Shown here in pieces: positions 13,420 through 26,961 of a DNA stretch of 64,000 nt. Position 1 is the first letter of the stretch. The number at the start of each line of letters is the position of its first letter. Under the pieces are notes generated by a model. The model ran no database searches and had not been told where the DNA came from. It saw only the letters and a program-made list of their open reading frames with translations. Made by a program: the position numbers and the translations under genes. This stretch comes from Camelus dromedarius (taxonomy: Eukaryota), in NCBI RefSeq assembly GCF_036321535.1, contig NC_087436.1, positions 102,984,001 to 103,048,000 of the forward strand, written 5' to 3'.

Positions 13420-13600
13420 ACAAGAGATATGGATTTAAATTCTTTTATGTCTTTACTAGCCATGTGACCTAATAAAAGTTAATTAACCTCACTAGGCCTC
13501 AGTTTCCCATGAACCAGTAACTAGATATCTCTCACTAGATCATCATATAAATGAAATACACAAAGATTGCTAAGAACAGTGGATATAGCATAGAGACTGT
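13420..13600 (+). mobile_element. MIR fragment
   Basis: TTACTAGCCATGTGACC...TTAACCTCACTAGGCCTCAGTTTCC (MIR core). Confidence 0.6.
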
Positions 13601-14470
13601 TTTCATGGTTGATAAACAAGAAGAAAGCATGATCTGAGCACAGGTTCTAATTTTTATTTAGAAGGTGACCATCTATACTGGAAAGCAGCTTTCTTTTGTT
13701 CTTACATGACTCAGGATTTCCAGGGCCAAAAATGAATTAGAGAAATGAACAAGATCTGGGGAAAATCCGACACATACTCATTTGGGTACTTTGGAGTAAG
13801 AGTAGGTTTAACCTGAGTTATCAATTTTTTCCCCTAAGTAAATTATATTAACTCCAATGAGCAGCAGGAATAACCCTGATGAATGAAGGGTACCAACTGC
13901 TTAATCAGGACCCTTAGTTTTTTGTCAAACACTCACAGCTCATCCTCCATCAAACCCTTTACCAGAGCTTACACTAAATAGAAACATTCCAAAATATCAG
14001 ATTTATTTTCTCTCCTCTCTGCTGTATAACAGCAAGAGAGAGAACAGGAGTCTCTGGCTTAGATAACCTTATGTGAGACACTGTGTCTCTGGATAAATGG
14101 GAGTCACCTCTGGTTCATGGAACTTAGAGGTCTTCACATTGACGTTTAGCATCATCCAAAAAGCAGTGCTCTATCCAGGTCAGATTGTCTGCAGAAGAGT
14201 TGTTTGCAAAACCAGTCCTAGCTAGAGGATGTGTCGGTTACTGACTTCCTTTCAGTAGGCACTTACTGAATATTTCTTTAGCAGCACTGCGCTAAAAGGC
14301 ATTAAAAACATACAAAGGATTTATGGTATCTTTGTATAGGTAACGATAACAGGAGTAGAAAAAAAGAAAATTACTTGAAGCCTATATTGAGACGAATTGT
14401 GAGTATAATGACAAAAAATTTTTGAGAAATCACATATAAGAAATTTTGTATCCAAATCAGTCCCATAGAC

Positions 14471-14522
14471 CAGTCATTCTCAAACTTAAGTGCACATCAG
14501 AATCACCTGGAAGGGTTGATAA
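14471..14522. mobile_element. MER5-like hAT MITE end
   Basis: CAGTCATTCTCAAACTTAAGTGCACATCAGAATCACCTGGA. Confidence 0.6.
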
Positions 14523-14524
14523 GT

Positions 14525-15415
14525 TTCTGATTCTGGTAATTCCAACATGTCTGTCATAGCTGAGTATGGTTTTGATGTTTGCTTGGTCTCTTCAAACTTT
14601 TTTGTCCTTTAGTATACATTGTGTGTGCGTGTGTTTTTTTTTTTTTATATAGTTGGACATGCACTAGGTAAAAGAAACTTCTTTAAAAATGCCATTGGTA
14701 ATGTGTGGAAAAGTGTGGGGCAGGGTGGTGGGGGATGTTCTATAGTCCTATGATTAGGCCTCAGTATTTTATTGTGCCTGTGTCTTTGCACTGTGAACTT
14801 ACCTGGGCTTCTCAGTTCCTCCACAACCACCCTTAGGTGGTACAGGATGGCTAGGCAGAGCTGGAATTGAGTATCCCCTTTCCCCCAGGTAGGTTAAGCT
14901 CTGATAAAACCCCAGCAGGTTAGCCTCTGGTTAAATACTTTCTATTGTGAGCAGACCTTGTTAAGAAAAGTATACACTGTTGTTTTTCAAAATGGTGAAT
15001 TTCCGGTCTCTCAGCCAGAAGCAAGTGAGGATTTTTCTGATACTCACTGTAAGAACCTGGTTGAGCTCTTGAAGGTAAAACTCAGAAAAATATGGGGACT
15101 GGATCCACCAGGAGTTTTTGATTCTTTGACTTGTCCACACTGAGCCTCCAGCAATTCATCAAGTACACTTTAGGTTCTCCTACCCTGGCCTTGGCTCCTG
15201 TGGAGGTTTCTGCTGTTGTGTTTCTGCTCTAGTAAGTTTTGAATCTCTGTATCTGTCTGTCTGTTTCATTTTGGGGTCAGTGGTTTGCCCTGTGGCCTTT
15301 CTCTTAAGGATCTAAGAAGAGCTGTTGATTTTTCAGTTTGTTCAACTTTTCACATGTTATAATGGAGTGGTGACTTCCAAGCCCCTCACGTGCCAGATGG
15401 AAAACAGGAAGTCCA
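14525..15415 (-). mobile_element. Old L1 (L1MC/MD-like) 5' UTR region
   Basis: Recalled motifs: GATAAAACCCCAGCAGGTTAG, GGATCTAAGAAGAGCTGTTGATTTTTCAGTTTGTTCA, GGTGACTTCCAAGC, AAACAGGAAGTC. Confidence 0.65.
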
Positions 15416-15648
15416 AGTCAGCTTTTTAAAATGCAAATATTATCACACCAACTGCCCCACTTCACACCTTTCAGTGGTTTTCCACTTCTTGACAATTAAA
15501 TCCAAACGCTTTAGCATGACATGTTATATCCTTGCCTGCTTGTCCAACTTTTATATATCCTTGTCTAACTTCTTCCAAACCAGTCTCACGCAAATATTTT
15601 CAATCACCTAATCTCACCCTGAATTTCTAGCCCTTTGCTTTTCTTATT

Positions 15649-15689
15649 TCCCACTGGCTCAGTCCCACTGGCTCAGTCCCACTGGCTCA
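15649..15689. repeat. 14-bp tandem repeat (TCCCACTGGCTCAG) x2.9
   Basis: Units at 15649, 15663 and 15677; identical except the last base of unit 3. Confidence 0.95.
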
Positions 15690-18600
15690 AGGAAGAGTGT
15701 GGAGTATTCACAAATCATTGTTAAATTCAGCTTGTGTAGAGAGATATGCAAAGAGAAATGAGAAAGACCCTGAGATTAAAATACCAGGTTAGCTCAAAAA
15801 GAAGAGAAAAGCAGAAAATATAATTGCAATCATTTTTAAAAGATCATAAAAATTGAATATTTGCTGGGAGGTTAATGAGTATTAACTCATTTATTTTTTC
15901 AGATATGCAAAATGAGTTTTGGAGAGCCTATACAGTTTAACAAACATCTAAGTCTAATTAGAAATAAAATCAAGGACAAAACATTTCTTTTGACTTTCTG
16001 TCTATCATGTGTTCTTTCACATCACTACCCCTCCACATGTACAGCTAAAGTAGTTTTCCATATTTTGGATTGTGTTGTAATGACTAAAAGAGAGAACTAA
16101 TGGAAATAAAAGAATGGAATCCTGTCTATGCCAGTGAAGGGTAATGACAACTATTTCCTGAACAGTGGATTTCTCACAATTCCTATGATTCTATTAACAC
16201 CCAAACAAACCCCGCTTAGCCTTTATTAAGGCCTGCCTCAAAGCTACTCCATGAAATTTTTTATGATCAATGCAAACGTATGCATTTTTTCCTTCTAAAA
16301 TTCTGTACTTCTATTGTTATGGTACTTAAAGTTTTCTGCCATGTATTAACTCTTGATTATTGTAATAGCTGTAATGTACAGAATGATATTTGCCAAACAG
16401 TTATAATGATTACATGTGCCACTTTAAGACAAAATATGCTGATGTTGGACTGTATGTCTAGTCAATGAAACTGAATAATATTAATCCAGTGGAGCTATAG
16501 AGAGTAGCTGTACTTGAGCGCATTAGGTAGAATTAGGCATTGCCTCTAAGATTTCCTTATTAACCATTGGATATAACAGACTTTATCCTAAAGCCAAAAT
16601 AGGAAAATAGGAAATTATATATAATTCTGGATTTCAGCCTCTATATAATACATTTGAGAAACCATCCAAATAAAACATCATCTGTGAGTAATAAGCAGTC
16701 AGATAAAGATGTACACAGCAAAATACAAAGCCTTACTATGTTTACAATGTATGGAATTTAAGTACATAAAACCTTAATGATGAATGTAAAATGAGTTTCA
16801 ATACATACTATCCTATTTGTGTGATACATACTTCAAATACTATAAATAGTCAGAGTTAGAGAAAATAGATTATTGACATTTGGAGTAGTCAGAGATGAAA
16901 CATACCTGCTCCAGAGAAAGATGAGTAAACATTTTAATAGGAATTTATCAATCATTTTCAACTGTAAGCCAGGGAATAATGAATTTAAGTTGTATCCAGA
17001 GAAAATGTTGAGAATAACTAATTTTTCTTTCCAAGAATGACTAATTCTAGACTATACAACTAAAAGGTCAACTGGAGCCTTAAAAAAATTAAATAAATTG
17101 TTTAGTATTTGGGACTATTGATGTTTTTACTTATCTGGAGGATGTGAGTTAGGTCAGACTTAACACAATTACTTCTTACTCTATGATTCTGTGAATATGT
17201 TGCATATCAATTAACTAAAATGTATGAATAATATAACCAAATATTAGAATGGAAGACATTGCTGAAACTTTCTGCTAAAGGAAGAAGAGAGAGAAAAAAT
17301 CTGTAGAAAATCTAGAAAATGAACAAGAATTTCTTTACGTTACAGAGAGCAACTGCAAAGCATGAAGCAGTGAGTATTCAATTACACTTAAGCCCCAACT
17401 CTACTACTTAGAAGCCAAAAATATTTTTAAATTTATTTAAACTCTTAGAGTTACATTCTTTCACATTTAAAATGTAAATAACCATAATAATTATTTACAT
17501 GTTTTCATAGATCACAAAAAGGATCAATTACATAATGCCTTTAAAAGCATTTTATAAATCATAGACAAATATATACGTTAGCAAACTTTTATTAGTATTA
17601 AATTAAGTGAAAATTAATTCCAGTAAATCTTTAAGAACCATTTATATTTTGTTTATTGCTATGTATTCAGTTTCTTTCACTCTGACAGATATATAGTAGA
17701 TCCTAGACAAGAACATGTTAAATAAATTGGCATATTATCTGACTATATTCCTATAGTGAAACTTATAAGCAGTTTAAATTAGCAATAAAATCTAAAGAAT
17801 GTAGTTCATGAAAATCCATTAATGAGCTGTATTTTAGTCAAAACAAAATTAGCATTTTTCTTGAAAACCTTTTTCTGCTAGTATTTCACCTCATTTTTAG
17901 ACTTCAGCCACTGATTGACCCCTATATTTGAAACAAAATATAAAAATACATGCTCAACATACTTAGAATCAGCTTTTTTTGACTTCTCCAAATTTAGGAG
18001 AATAATAAAGCATAACAATAATTAACCTTGGTATTGCCATTTTTATTGCTCTTTTGAATTTACTACTTTGCTTTTAAGAGTTTGGTTTTATCTCATAGGT
18101 ACTTTTATTCATCACCGTCACGGGACAAATATTAACTTAGGATTTCAGGGACAGTGCTAGAGAATTTATTTTGTGATTGACAAAGGAGATACCAAAATTA
18201 ACAACATAAGCAATGCATCATTCTATTTTCTTAGATCATGTAAACAATTCAAATGACATTTCTTTTCTCTGAATGTCAATTTTCCTTAATTTTGCTCCAA
18301 GGGCTTCTGGGACAGAAAGCAGTGCAGAAGTCAACCTTTAGAGATGCTTGTCCAAAAAAATGATGTGAAAGGTAGCCAATTAGGTAACACCCGAGACATT
18401 GGTAATAGCAAAACGTTATCTTGCTTTTGTTGACTCTGTCATTAGCACTTAATCTATTGCCTTAGTGAGTGGCTAGAAATAGAAGATATTACATCATTTA
18501 TTTTAAACTAGTTCTGAGAATCTCTTCTTTTCACTATATGTGTTCAGTTAATCTTTACTTAAATCAACTTGTTTTGAATAGTTTTCCATTTGTTTTGAAC

Positions 18601-21575
18601 AGTTTGTCACAAAAAATGCAAATATAATTGTCAAAAGAGATAAAAATATGGATATTTATAGTGATATTTTAAATGCAAAAGTATGGAAATCAATATTAAG
18701 AATAAATATGTGTGAGGGCAATGGATGGCCACGTTGCAGTGGCTTTTCTTGGATGAAGAGAATTAAGCAATTAAGAAAAAGTGACGTAATGATTAAGATT
18801 TCTGAAAGGTCCCTGTCTGAGTTAAAAATTCCATTCATTCCCCAAAAGCGGTATGTCATTTATCTTCACAAATCTACATTGCCACATCTTCCCAAAGACC
18901 TAAGGTTCCAGCTGTAGAGGTTGAGCCCGCCCTGCATGTGTCACTTGGCCATCATTGAAATGTTGAATGAGTTAGACCCGTCCATATTTAGAATCCTTAT
19001 TCCTGGTACTCAGACACGATAATTTATCTTTCCCAATGAGATAGTGTCTGGCCTTTTGACTCATCCCAGTGTGATGCCAAGTCAGACTGATGCAGGACTT
19101 TTAAACTCCAAATTGTTAGGCCTCTCAGATTTAAGGCAAATAATCTACTGTCAGATTTATAGAAAGGGAGCTCTTTAAGTCAATGGTAACAAAGAGAGCA
19201 CTCCTTACAAAGTCAAAAAATGAAACTCTTAAGTCACCTTTGTCATTCTTGTTTGAATCACAATGAAAGTCTTTGATTCTCACAAAAATGTGGAAAAATT
19301 GCATTTGGTTGAAATCTCAGATCTCAACTTCACAAACCTCTATGATAGAATGGTATTTGTTCCAAAAAAAATCAGTTTTAAATGTATCATCTATATAAAA
19401 TAATCCAAATCCATTACATTTTAGAAATTAACCAGTATGTCTATTCAATGTAGAGTTAGATATATACCTACATACATGCATATATGTGTGTTTGTGTAAA
19501 TATGAAAAACTAATAGCATATATCAAAAGAAATTTTTTATTATACTTGAACAAATATGTAGGATTCTCTTTGTAGAAACTACAGTACCAAAAGAGCAAGT
19601 CTACTATCCAAAAGGGAAGTAAGAAAAAGAAATAAAAATAGAAATGGAAAAAAAGGATTCAGAAAACTGTTATTTTTTCATTTTATCTGATGATAAGAAT
19701 ATTGAAAATTTAATACTGAAATTTTCAGCTAAGGCTTTACTCATGTTTTATTATCCTGGGTATGTATGAGTATTTTTGTTTTCTAAGTTTTGAATCACCT
19801 TGAAAAAATATCTCTTGACTATAAATCATAATAAGTAGAAAAGGAACTATGTTAGTAGATGCGTATTAAACTACTACTGTAGTCTCTCTGACTAGAAAAA
19901 TGTCTGCGTGTGTATATATGTGTGTGCATGCCTAGTCTGCTTAGCTTAATTCACGGGTGGGTTTTTTTCTTGGGGGGGGGTCAAATAGGCTGCTAGCACG
20001 TTTAACCTTTTTATTATTATCAGCTTTTTGCTATGAAGATAGTATGTTTTGTTTGACATTTCCCCGCTAAACCAGAAAGAAAGAAACTCAGCCCCCCTGG
20101 GAGTCACAGTGGGGTCACTTCCTGGGTCTTCTCTCTGTCAGACTGTGCTTCAGTGCTGAGCCTCAGCATTTCACACGGAAACTACAGATTAAAGCCCATC
20201 TGTAAAGTGATCCTTTCTCTCCACAGTCCACCTTCAAATGACAAGAAGTGCAGAGAGATAAGTGGGCAACTTTAATTCAGCCAGTAGCAGAAAACCAGTC
20301 GGTTTTCTAGCACAATACTCAAGCACAGTTCGCTTTGCTGCAAATGAGCTAGCTGCTTTCTTCTCCAACATGGATACTCTGATATCCAAGCCCAAATGAA
20401 GTGAAGGTGACAGCCTGAAGCTCTCTTCTGGTCACTAATGACTGTGGGATTTGGTGTGAAGTCCTGTCCTAGGCTAGACACTTTTCCTGATTAGGTCCAT
20501 GTGCGTTGGCATACCTGATTTCCTTGTGCAGATGACCTGGCAATTTTAGCGGAAATGTTTGTTGAAAGGACAATGGGTAGAATCCTTGTAAGGGGGGAAT
20601 AATCAGAGGTCATCGTCCTTCTTCCTTTCTTTTCCCCTTATTTGTACATTTCCTAGCAACCCTTCCTTTGGCACCTCTCACACGCTGCCCCTGTGCACAC
20701 GTACAAGGCAGCTCCTCTCATTTTAGAACCTTCTTAAAGTAAATTATAACCTCTACCATAGGAAGCCTTCCCTCTGTGCCCTCATCGCCTTGCAATGCCG
20801 GGCCTGCTTGTACACTGTGCACTGCAGAACTGGACCATTATGAAAAAGAGAAAACACTATTTTCTTTGTTCTCTACCCGGAGACCATCTCATTTTACTGC
20901 AGTTTCAAAGGAAACCTTGTAAATGCAGCTGGGGAGATAAATGAACAAAACATAACATGTAACCAGCCGTTCTTTATTTATTGACTAAACATGTAATCAG
21001 TTCTTTGTTTTGCAAAGACAGTCACTGTTTTTGATTTTCAAAATTTCTCTACAAAAGGAAAAAAGATCAAACAATTCCTCTGGTTTCACCAGTTGTATAA
21101 TTAAGAAACCGCCAATATATGAATACAATCAACAGTTTTCTTCTAACACCTTTGGCCTGATTATTTAATCATAATATGGATTTGTACTGTTTAAAGGGTA
21201 GATTTAAAAGCTGAAAAATCTTTCAAAATGTAATTGTTTTAGTAAATGATTTAATTTCAAAACTACAAAAATAGGAAGTAGTCTATGAAATTTAAAAACA
21301 AAAAAATTCAGAAGTCATTGTTCTCAGCAGAGACAGAAATCAGCTTCTATATTTTAGATATTTTTAATCTGTCTCTTGCTGATTAGCAGCTAAGAGTCCC
21401 TGGTCACTATTATGATACCCATCCCAGTATGTGATTTATAAAATAGTAAGATAGTAATAAAATTAGATGTAATATGATCCTATCTGGTCCATATATATTC
21501 CTGGTAGTGTGACTTTCCATAGTAGAAATGGTCCATTTCAAGGTCAGAAAAGGTGAAGGAATATATCTATCTCCA

Positions 21576-21577
<2 letters not shown>

Positions 21578-21609
<32 letters not shown>

Positions 21610-21735
21610 GCATGTATGTATACGTATGTGTATGTATGTATACATATATGTGTATGTAATACACATTATATATACCCATACATATATGTATATATGTGTG
21701 TGTAATGCATATTATATATACACATACATGTATGT
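21578..21735. repeat. Compound (TA)n/(TATG)n/(TG)n low-complexity repeat
   Basis: Directly visible; the source of the spurious ORFs 21410-21766 and 21608-21817. Confidence 0.95.
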
Positions 21736-21899
21736 TATTGCTTATTTTATTAGTTTTACTTTTCAACCCAGTTTTAGGAAATATTTAAGGCCACTTGTAG
21801 GAAAATATAAAATATAATAAAATAACAAAAGTTACAAGTGGAAATAAGCAAATATAAACAAACGTAGGACCAGAATTGAGGCTTAAAAATGTATGTGTT

Positions 21900-22056
21900 G
21901 GGGGAAGGTATAGCTCAGTGGTAAAGCATGTGCTTACCATGCACAGGGTCCAGAGTCCAATCCCCAGTACTGCCATTACAAATAAATAAATAAATCTAAT
22001 TACCTCCCTCCGGAAAAAGAAAAAAAAAATTAACGAAAGTTAAAAAAAAGAAAAAG
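21900..22056 (+). mobile_element. tRNA-derived SINE, camelid Vic-1-like
   Basis: GGGGGAAGGTATAGCTCAGTGGTAAAGC (A box), degenerate B box GAGTCCAATCC, A-rich tail, 13-bp TSD AAATGTATGTGTT at 21887-21899 and 22057-22069. Confidence 0.9.
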
Positions 22057-22719
22057 AAATGTATGTGTTAAACCCCAGCAGCACAGCCCTTCTCTCCTTG
22101 CTAGTGTTATTTATTCTCTACCACTGACAAAATATATTCTTAGGCAAATATATATGGCCAGATTCACTCTTCCTTTTACTTGTTAGCTTCCCATAGGAAT
22201 GTCTTTTACCTGTATACCTTGAACTGCTATTTATTCCAACAACAAACCTTTAAACCCACTGGTATTTTATCACATAAAATTCTATCTTCAGTCTAGTTGA
22301 AAGTTGCCTGGGTTTATACCATGAACAGCAAATTCTTGTATTGTCAGAGTAGACGAACAATCTTACGTAGCTGCTGTGAAGTATGATCTTTTAGTTTTGC
22401 TTTGCTAATAAGGAAACAGATTATTGAGATAATAAGCTGGTAGGAATCTGACACTGTGATTGTTGACCTATGTATTTTATTAGGGCAGATTACAGGCTTG
22501 TTTAAAACACTGTAGTAACCAATGAGATAGTCTATGACACTGCTCATGGAGCATTAAGATTTAAAATTTAAAAACTAAAAAAGATAACTAAACAAACAAG
22601 AGTAATCACAAATGAACAATAAACAGAGGAATGTGGCTACTCAAAGGCACAGACTCTAGAACCCTATAACTGGGTTTTAAGTCTGAGCCCCACCAATCGC
22701 TAATTTTGTATATTGAGAC

Positions 22720-23270
22720 TGTGGAGGAGAAAAAAAAAAGTCTTTTCCTCTCCCCTCTTAGCTTAGCAACTGGAGCCTGCAAATTAAACTGACAACAGAT
22801 AGAAAACAGGCCAAAAAGGTTAATACATATGTATATGGAAACCAACAAAAGAAGTAGCTGTCCTGCTAACTGGTTAAAGTTAGAGGTTTACATGCCTATT
22901 TTAGCAGAGGAAAAGGAGAGGAGAGAAAAGGCTTCTTAGGAAAGACGAATGGGTTTTTAGGAGAATAAATGGGAGATAAAGAAAGTTTATGATGATATTT
23001 GCCTATATGTGCACAAGTGATCCTTCCATATTCTTCAGGTCCATACAACGCCCTGGAGAAGGGATTTACGATAGATTTATTCTGGTTCTTTCTCTTGGGA
23101 GTAAAGCCAGCCTGCAGAGGAAATTTATGGCAGCCTCATTTTGAGAAGTTGTTGCTTCTAATCATATAAAAGAAGCTCTGAGAAGGCTACTTTCTGCATC
23201 TGTTGAATCTCAAATATTTTCATTTAAAAATAATGTTCATACCAATTATGGGATTCCAAGTGGCTCCTCA
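22720..23270 (-). mobile_element. ERV1-type solo LTR (about 551 bp)
   Basis: TG...CA termini, flanked by GAGAC/GAGAA. The end (TCTGCATCTGTTGAATCTCAAAT...TTAAAAATAAT) resembles recalled ERV1 LTRs in reverse orientation. Confidence 0.7.
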
Positions 23271-23959
23271 GAGAATTGTTTCTAAGCTTTAGGTCTCATT
23301 AACTTTAAGTGGATATACTAATATTATCCATCCTGTGAGAGAATTTTTGCAAACAATTTAGCATTATTCTGGGATTCTGTATTTGTTAAATAAACGTGAA
23401 TATTATTTCTAAAGATTAGACACTTTTCTTGGAGGTGACTAATAAGAATGACCTCATGTATTTCTTACAGTAGTTTCTTTACAGTAGACAAGATGATGAG
23501 TTTCATAATAATTTTTCATGTTTTATACCCTCAGTATAGGCTGATAGTGTCTCATCGAAGTGTTGTGCTTTTCCCATACTCAGTAGTGGCAATAGAGAAT
23601 GCTATTACGATGTTCTCTTTAACTGGACTTTATGAGAAAATAATTAATCAAGACTTTATGGAGCATACTATATTCAAAATATGTAGGCTTAAAACACAGA
23701 TTCATAGAATCTCTGGGTCCTGGGACCAACATTCACTATCCTGATACACAGGTTTTACCTTAATTTAATAATGCAAAACACCTTCAATACACCTCTCTAT
23801 TTCACTTTTCCCAAGTAGAAAGAAACTTTCATTACTTTTGATTTACATAGTTCCTTTTTCTGCTGAACACAGTGAAACTATATTTTACATATTTAGATTA
23901 TTTTAATATCTAAGTTGCTTCTCTCATTTGAGACTTCTGTGTGGGATAAGGTTAGTCAG

Positions 23960-24330
23960 GGTAATCTATCTCAAAATTACCATGTCCCAAACGGAATTCA
24001 TCCTGCCCGCAACCCACTCATACTTCAATATTTCCCCACTTGGTAGCATTACTGTCATTCACTCAGTCATCCCACACAGAAACCTGGCACACATTCTTGA
24101 TTCCTTTTTCTCTCCCATTCCCTAAATTCAATCACGAAATAAGTTCAGCTGTTTGAATTCCTATCTGTATGTATCATCTCTTCTTGTGTGGATATAGATG
24201 AGAGTGTATGCTTCTATTCTCTCTCCAGACTAGTTTATGGACCTAGTTTAGGAGACCAAATTCTCACCAAGATGATAACAATAGTATCTGAATTGTTAAC
24301 CTTCAAGTCCATTGACCACAAAATTCATTT
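23960..24330 (+). mobile_element. L2 fragment
   Basis: CTCAAAATTACCATGTCCCAAAC...AGAAACCTGGCACACATTCTTGATTCCTTTTTCTC. Confidence 0.6.
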
Positions 24331-24559
24331 TCTACAAGAAGAACTATGAACTCTATTTGAAATGAACAGTCCTCTTTTTTCTCTGCTTATCTTTCCAGTC
24401 ACATTGTCTCATTACTTGGTTTTTATTTATTTTTTCCCAACAAATATTGAGCATCTAAAATGCTTCAGGAGTGGTTATATATATTCACCTATCCAGAATC
24501 CTTAGAACTTACGTATCATGAACAACAACAGTAACAAAATACTGGAATGAGAAACAGCA

Positions 24560-26130
24560 GTTTCCTAAAATTTTTGATCCCAAAATGGCAAAAAATTACT
24601 AGATCAGGTAGCTTGTATTGATAATTTATATCCTGTAAAATGTTTCACAGATAAGAAAGGTAAGAATATTATCTAATTTATCATCTAGGCTCACTCAACA
24701 GAAGAACTAGATAAGAATATTTAAAAAGATAAGAATGTTCTCATTCTCACCTGTCAAACAATTAACTTAAAAATGTCTTGTTTCTATGGATTTTAACCCA
24801 GGATTGTAAGATGGTTCAGTATTTTAAATGTATTAATGCATCCTATATTACTGTCTATGTCCAAAATTGCCCTGAATAGCCAAACAAACATGTGAAGAAA
24901 ATCCCAAACACAGATTTCAAATTGGATTAGACATGCAGAAAGTGCAAAAAAAAATGTATGGATCATCTACTTGGATTAAAAAGAGAATTTGCAAGACACT
25001 GTAGGATAGATGCATAAACAAAAGGAAATAATAATATAGAGTAATTATAAGTAATCTATGCTTGCATTGAAATTTGATGTATGTATAGAATGAAATTCAA
25101 GAAGTGGCACTAGGTCAGGGATTATCTATGCATACATTGAGAAGGAATTAATTTCTTGTTTCTTATTGTAGACAAAATTAAGTGGTCAGGCTGGCAGATA
25201 AATTATTTAATCAAGAAAAGCAAAAAATTTAAATACCAAGAATAAAATATTAGATAATATATGTATGGTCTTGGTTTAACAAGGCACTTGGAGCACAAAG
25301 CAAAAAGAAATTAATTTGACCTCATTAAAATAAATAAATAAAATAAAATAAAAAAATGTATTCCACAGAAGATACAGAAAACAAAGTAAAATTTAACCAA
25401 CTAATGGTATGCAATGTCTCTAACTCCTAAATACTAATAACAAAGTGTAATTATCAAAATAAGCAAAAGGATGCCAATCATAAATAATATACCAATAAAC
25501 ATTTGAGAAGTGCTCAGTTCACTTGTAATCAAGAAAGCAAATTCAAAATTACAATAAGACAGGATTTTATATTACCAAAGATAAAAAAATGAAAAAACTT
25601 TGACAATAATGATTGATGGCAAAGATGTGTTAGAACAAGAGCCCTCATATACTGGTATCTGGCATAAACCCTGTGATGAGCATTTTGTCAATATTAGCTA
25701 ATACAGAAGGTACATATATCCTTTGAGCCAACAATTCCTCTCTGAGATATATATCCTAGGAAACTAAGGGTTACGTGTCTGTTAGGGCATGTTTAAGAAT
25801 GTCCACTGAAGCGTGGCTTTCATAACAAAAGAAACAATTCATCAACAGAAAAAAAAAACCAAGGATATACAACTTATGAATACGTTTAGTATATTTTATC
25901 AGTAGGGTATGTACGTGATCTATTCTTCCATAAGAATTCTGTGTAGCTTGTTACATGAATTACCTACAGTTACATGTTTTAACATGGCTATCTCAAAAAC
26001 TTCCAAATTTAGCAAAAATTTTAAAAGTTGCTGAAAAAATGGTAGTATATATATGTTTCTGTTATCACTTAAAAGATTTTAAAACCATGAAAACAATACA
26101 TACATTTTTATGATTACACACATTCATGTA
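24560..26130 (+). mobile_element. Highly degenerate L1ME ORF2/3' fragments
   Basis: A-rich strand with L1 motifs (CCAGGATTGTAAGATGGTTCAGTATT, CCTTTGAGCCAACAATTCCTCTTCTGAGATATATCC). Confidence 0.55.
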
Positions 26131-26913
26131 ATTTTTATAAATTTTATAAATTCTGTACTCTGCTCTCTGTGCAGTGTCTAAGAGAATGCTTGGCTTATAA
26201 CAGGCATTTGGCAAATATTTGAATAAATAAATTGGATGGAAGAATGAACAACCAATGTAGGATATGATTCATTAAGAGGAGAAAGAAAATGAGGTAGTTA
26301 ACAGGATGAAAGGGTACCCAGCTGGCCTTTTCCTCCTGTATCTGCAGGTTTTGTTTCAATTAATAACTATACATATACAATCTGAAACAGTTAATATTAG
26401 AGTACTTGCTGTATAGTAAGAGTATTTTTATCTTAAAAACATTTATTGTAAATTAAAAATAAATATTTGAAATAATTCCCAGTAAAAGAAATAACATTAT
26501 GTAAGCAAGCAAATATTTAAAGAATAAAAAGAAATGAAAAGAAAAAAACAGGTTTCACCATTCTAATAAAAACCTAGAACATTTCATAAATTGAAGAGGG
26601 CTGGCTTAAGAAGTAATGAGTTGTTTTAACAGAGCCTGAATGGAGCTGCCTACTCTCATGTAGGGCTTTTTTGTTAGGTGATGGATTAAGGAACGTATCT
26701 CTTCCCAAGCATATGATTTGATGTTTTTTTTTCAAATCCATCTAATGAATTCTTCTGTGTGCCAGGCTCCTAGAAAAGTAGTATAGTAAAAATTAATTAA
26801 TTGAAATTTGCCCTTTTCCTTAAAATAGATTTATTTTTTTCCCATCTAGAAAAAGGAATTCCATAATACAAAAGAAAATATTCAAATGTTAAGGTCTTCA
26901 ATATATATCTCTG

Positions 26914-26924
26914 AGTGTGAGTGT

Positions 26925-26960
<36 letters not shown>
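26914..26960. repeat. (TG)n microsatellite
   Basis: Directly visible. Confidence 0.95.

Positions 26961-26961
<1 letters not shown>

Noticed and set aside
15649..15689. CRISPR-like or other prokaryotic repeat array
   Set aside because: There are no spacers, the context is mammalian, and no cas or other bacterial genes are present.
21900..21975. tRNA gene (also 59249-59325)
   Set aside because: The tRNA-like head is followed by a shared SINE body and A-rich tail, with a TSD at the first copy. These are SINEs, not tRNA genes.
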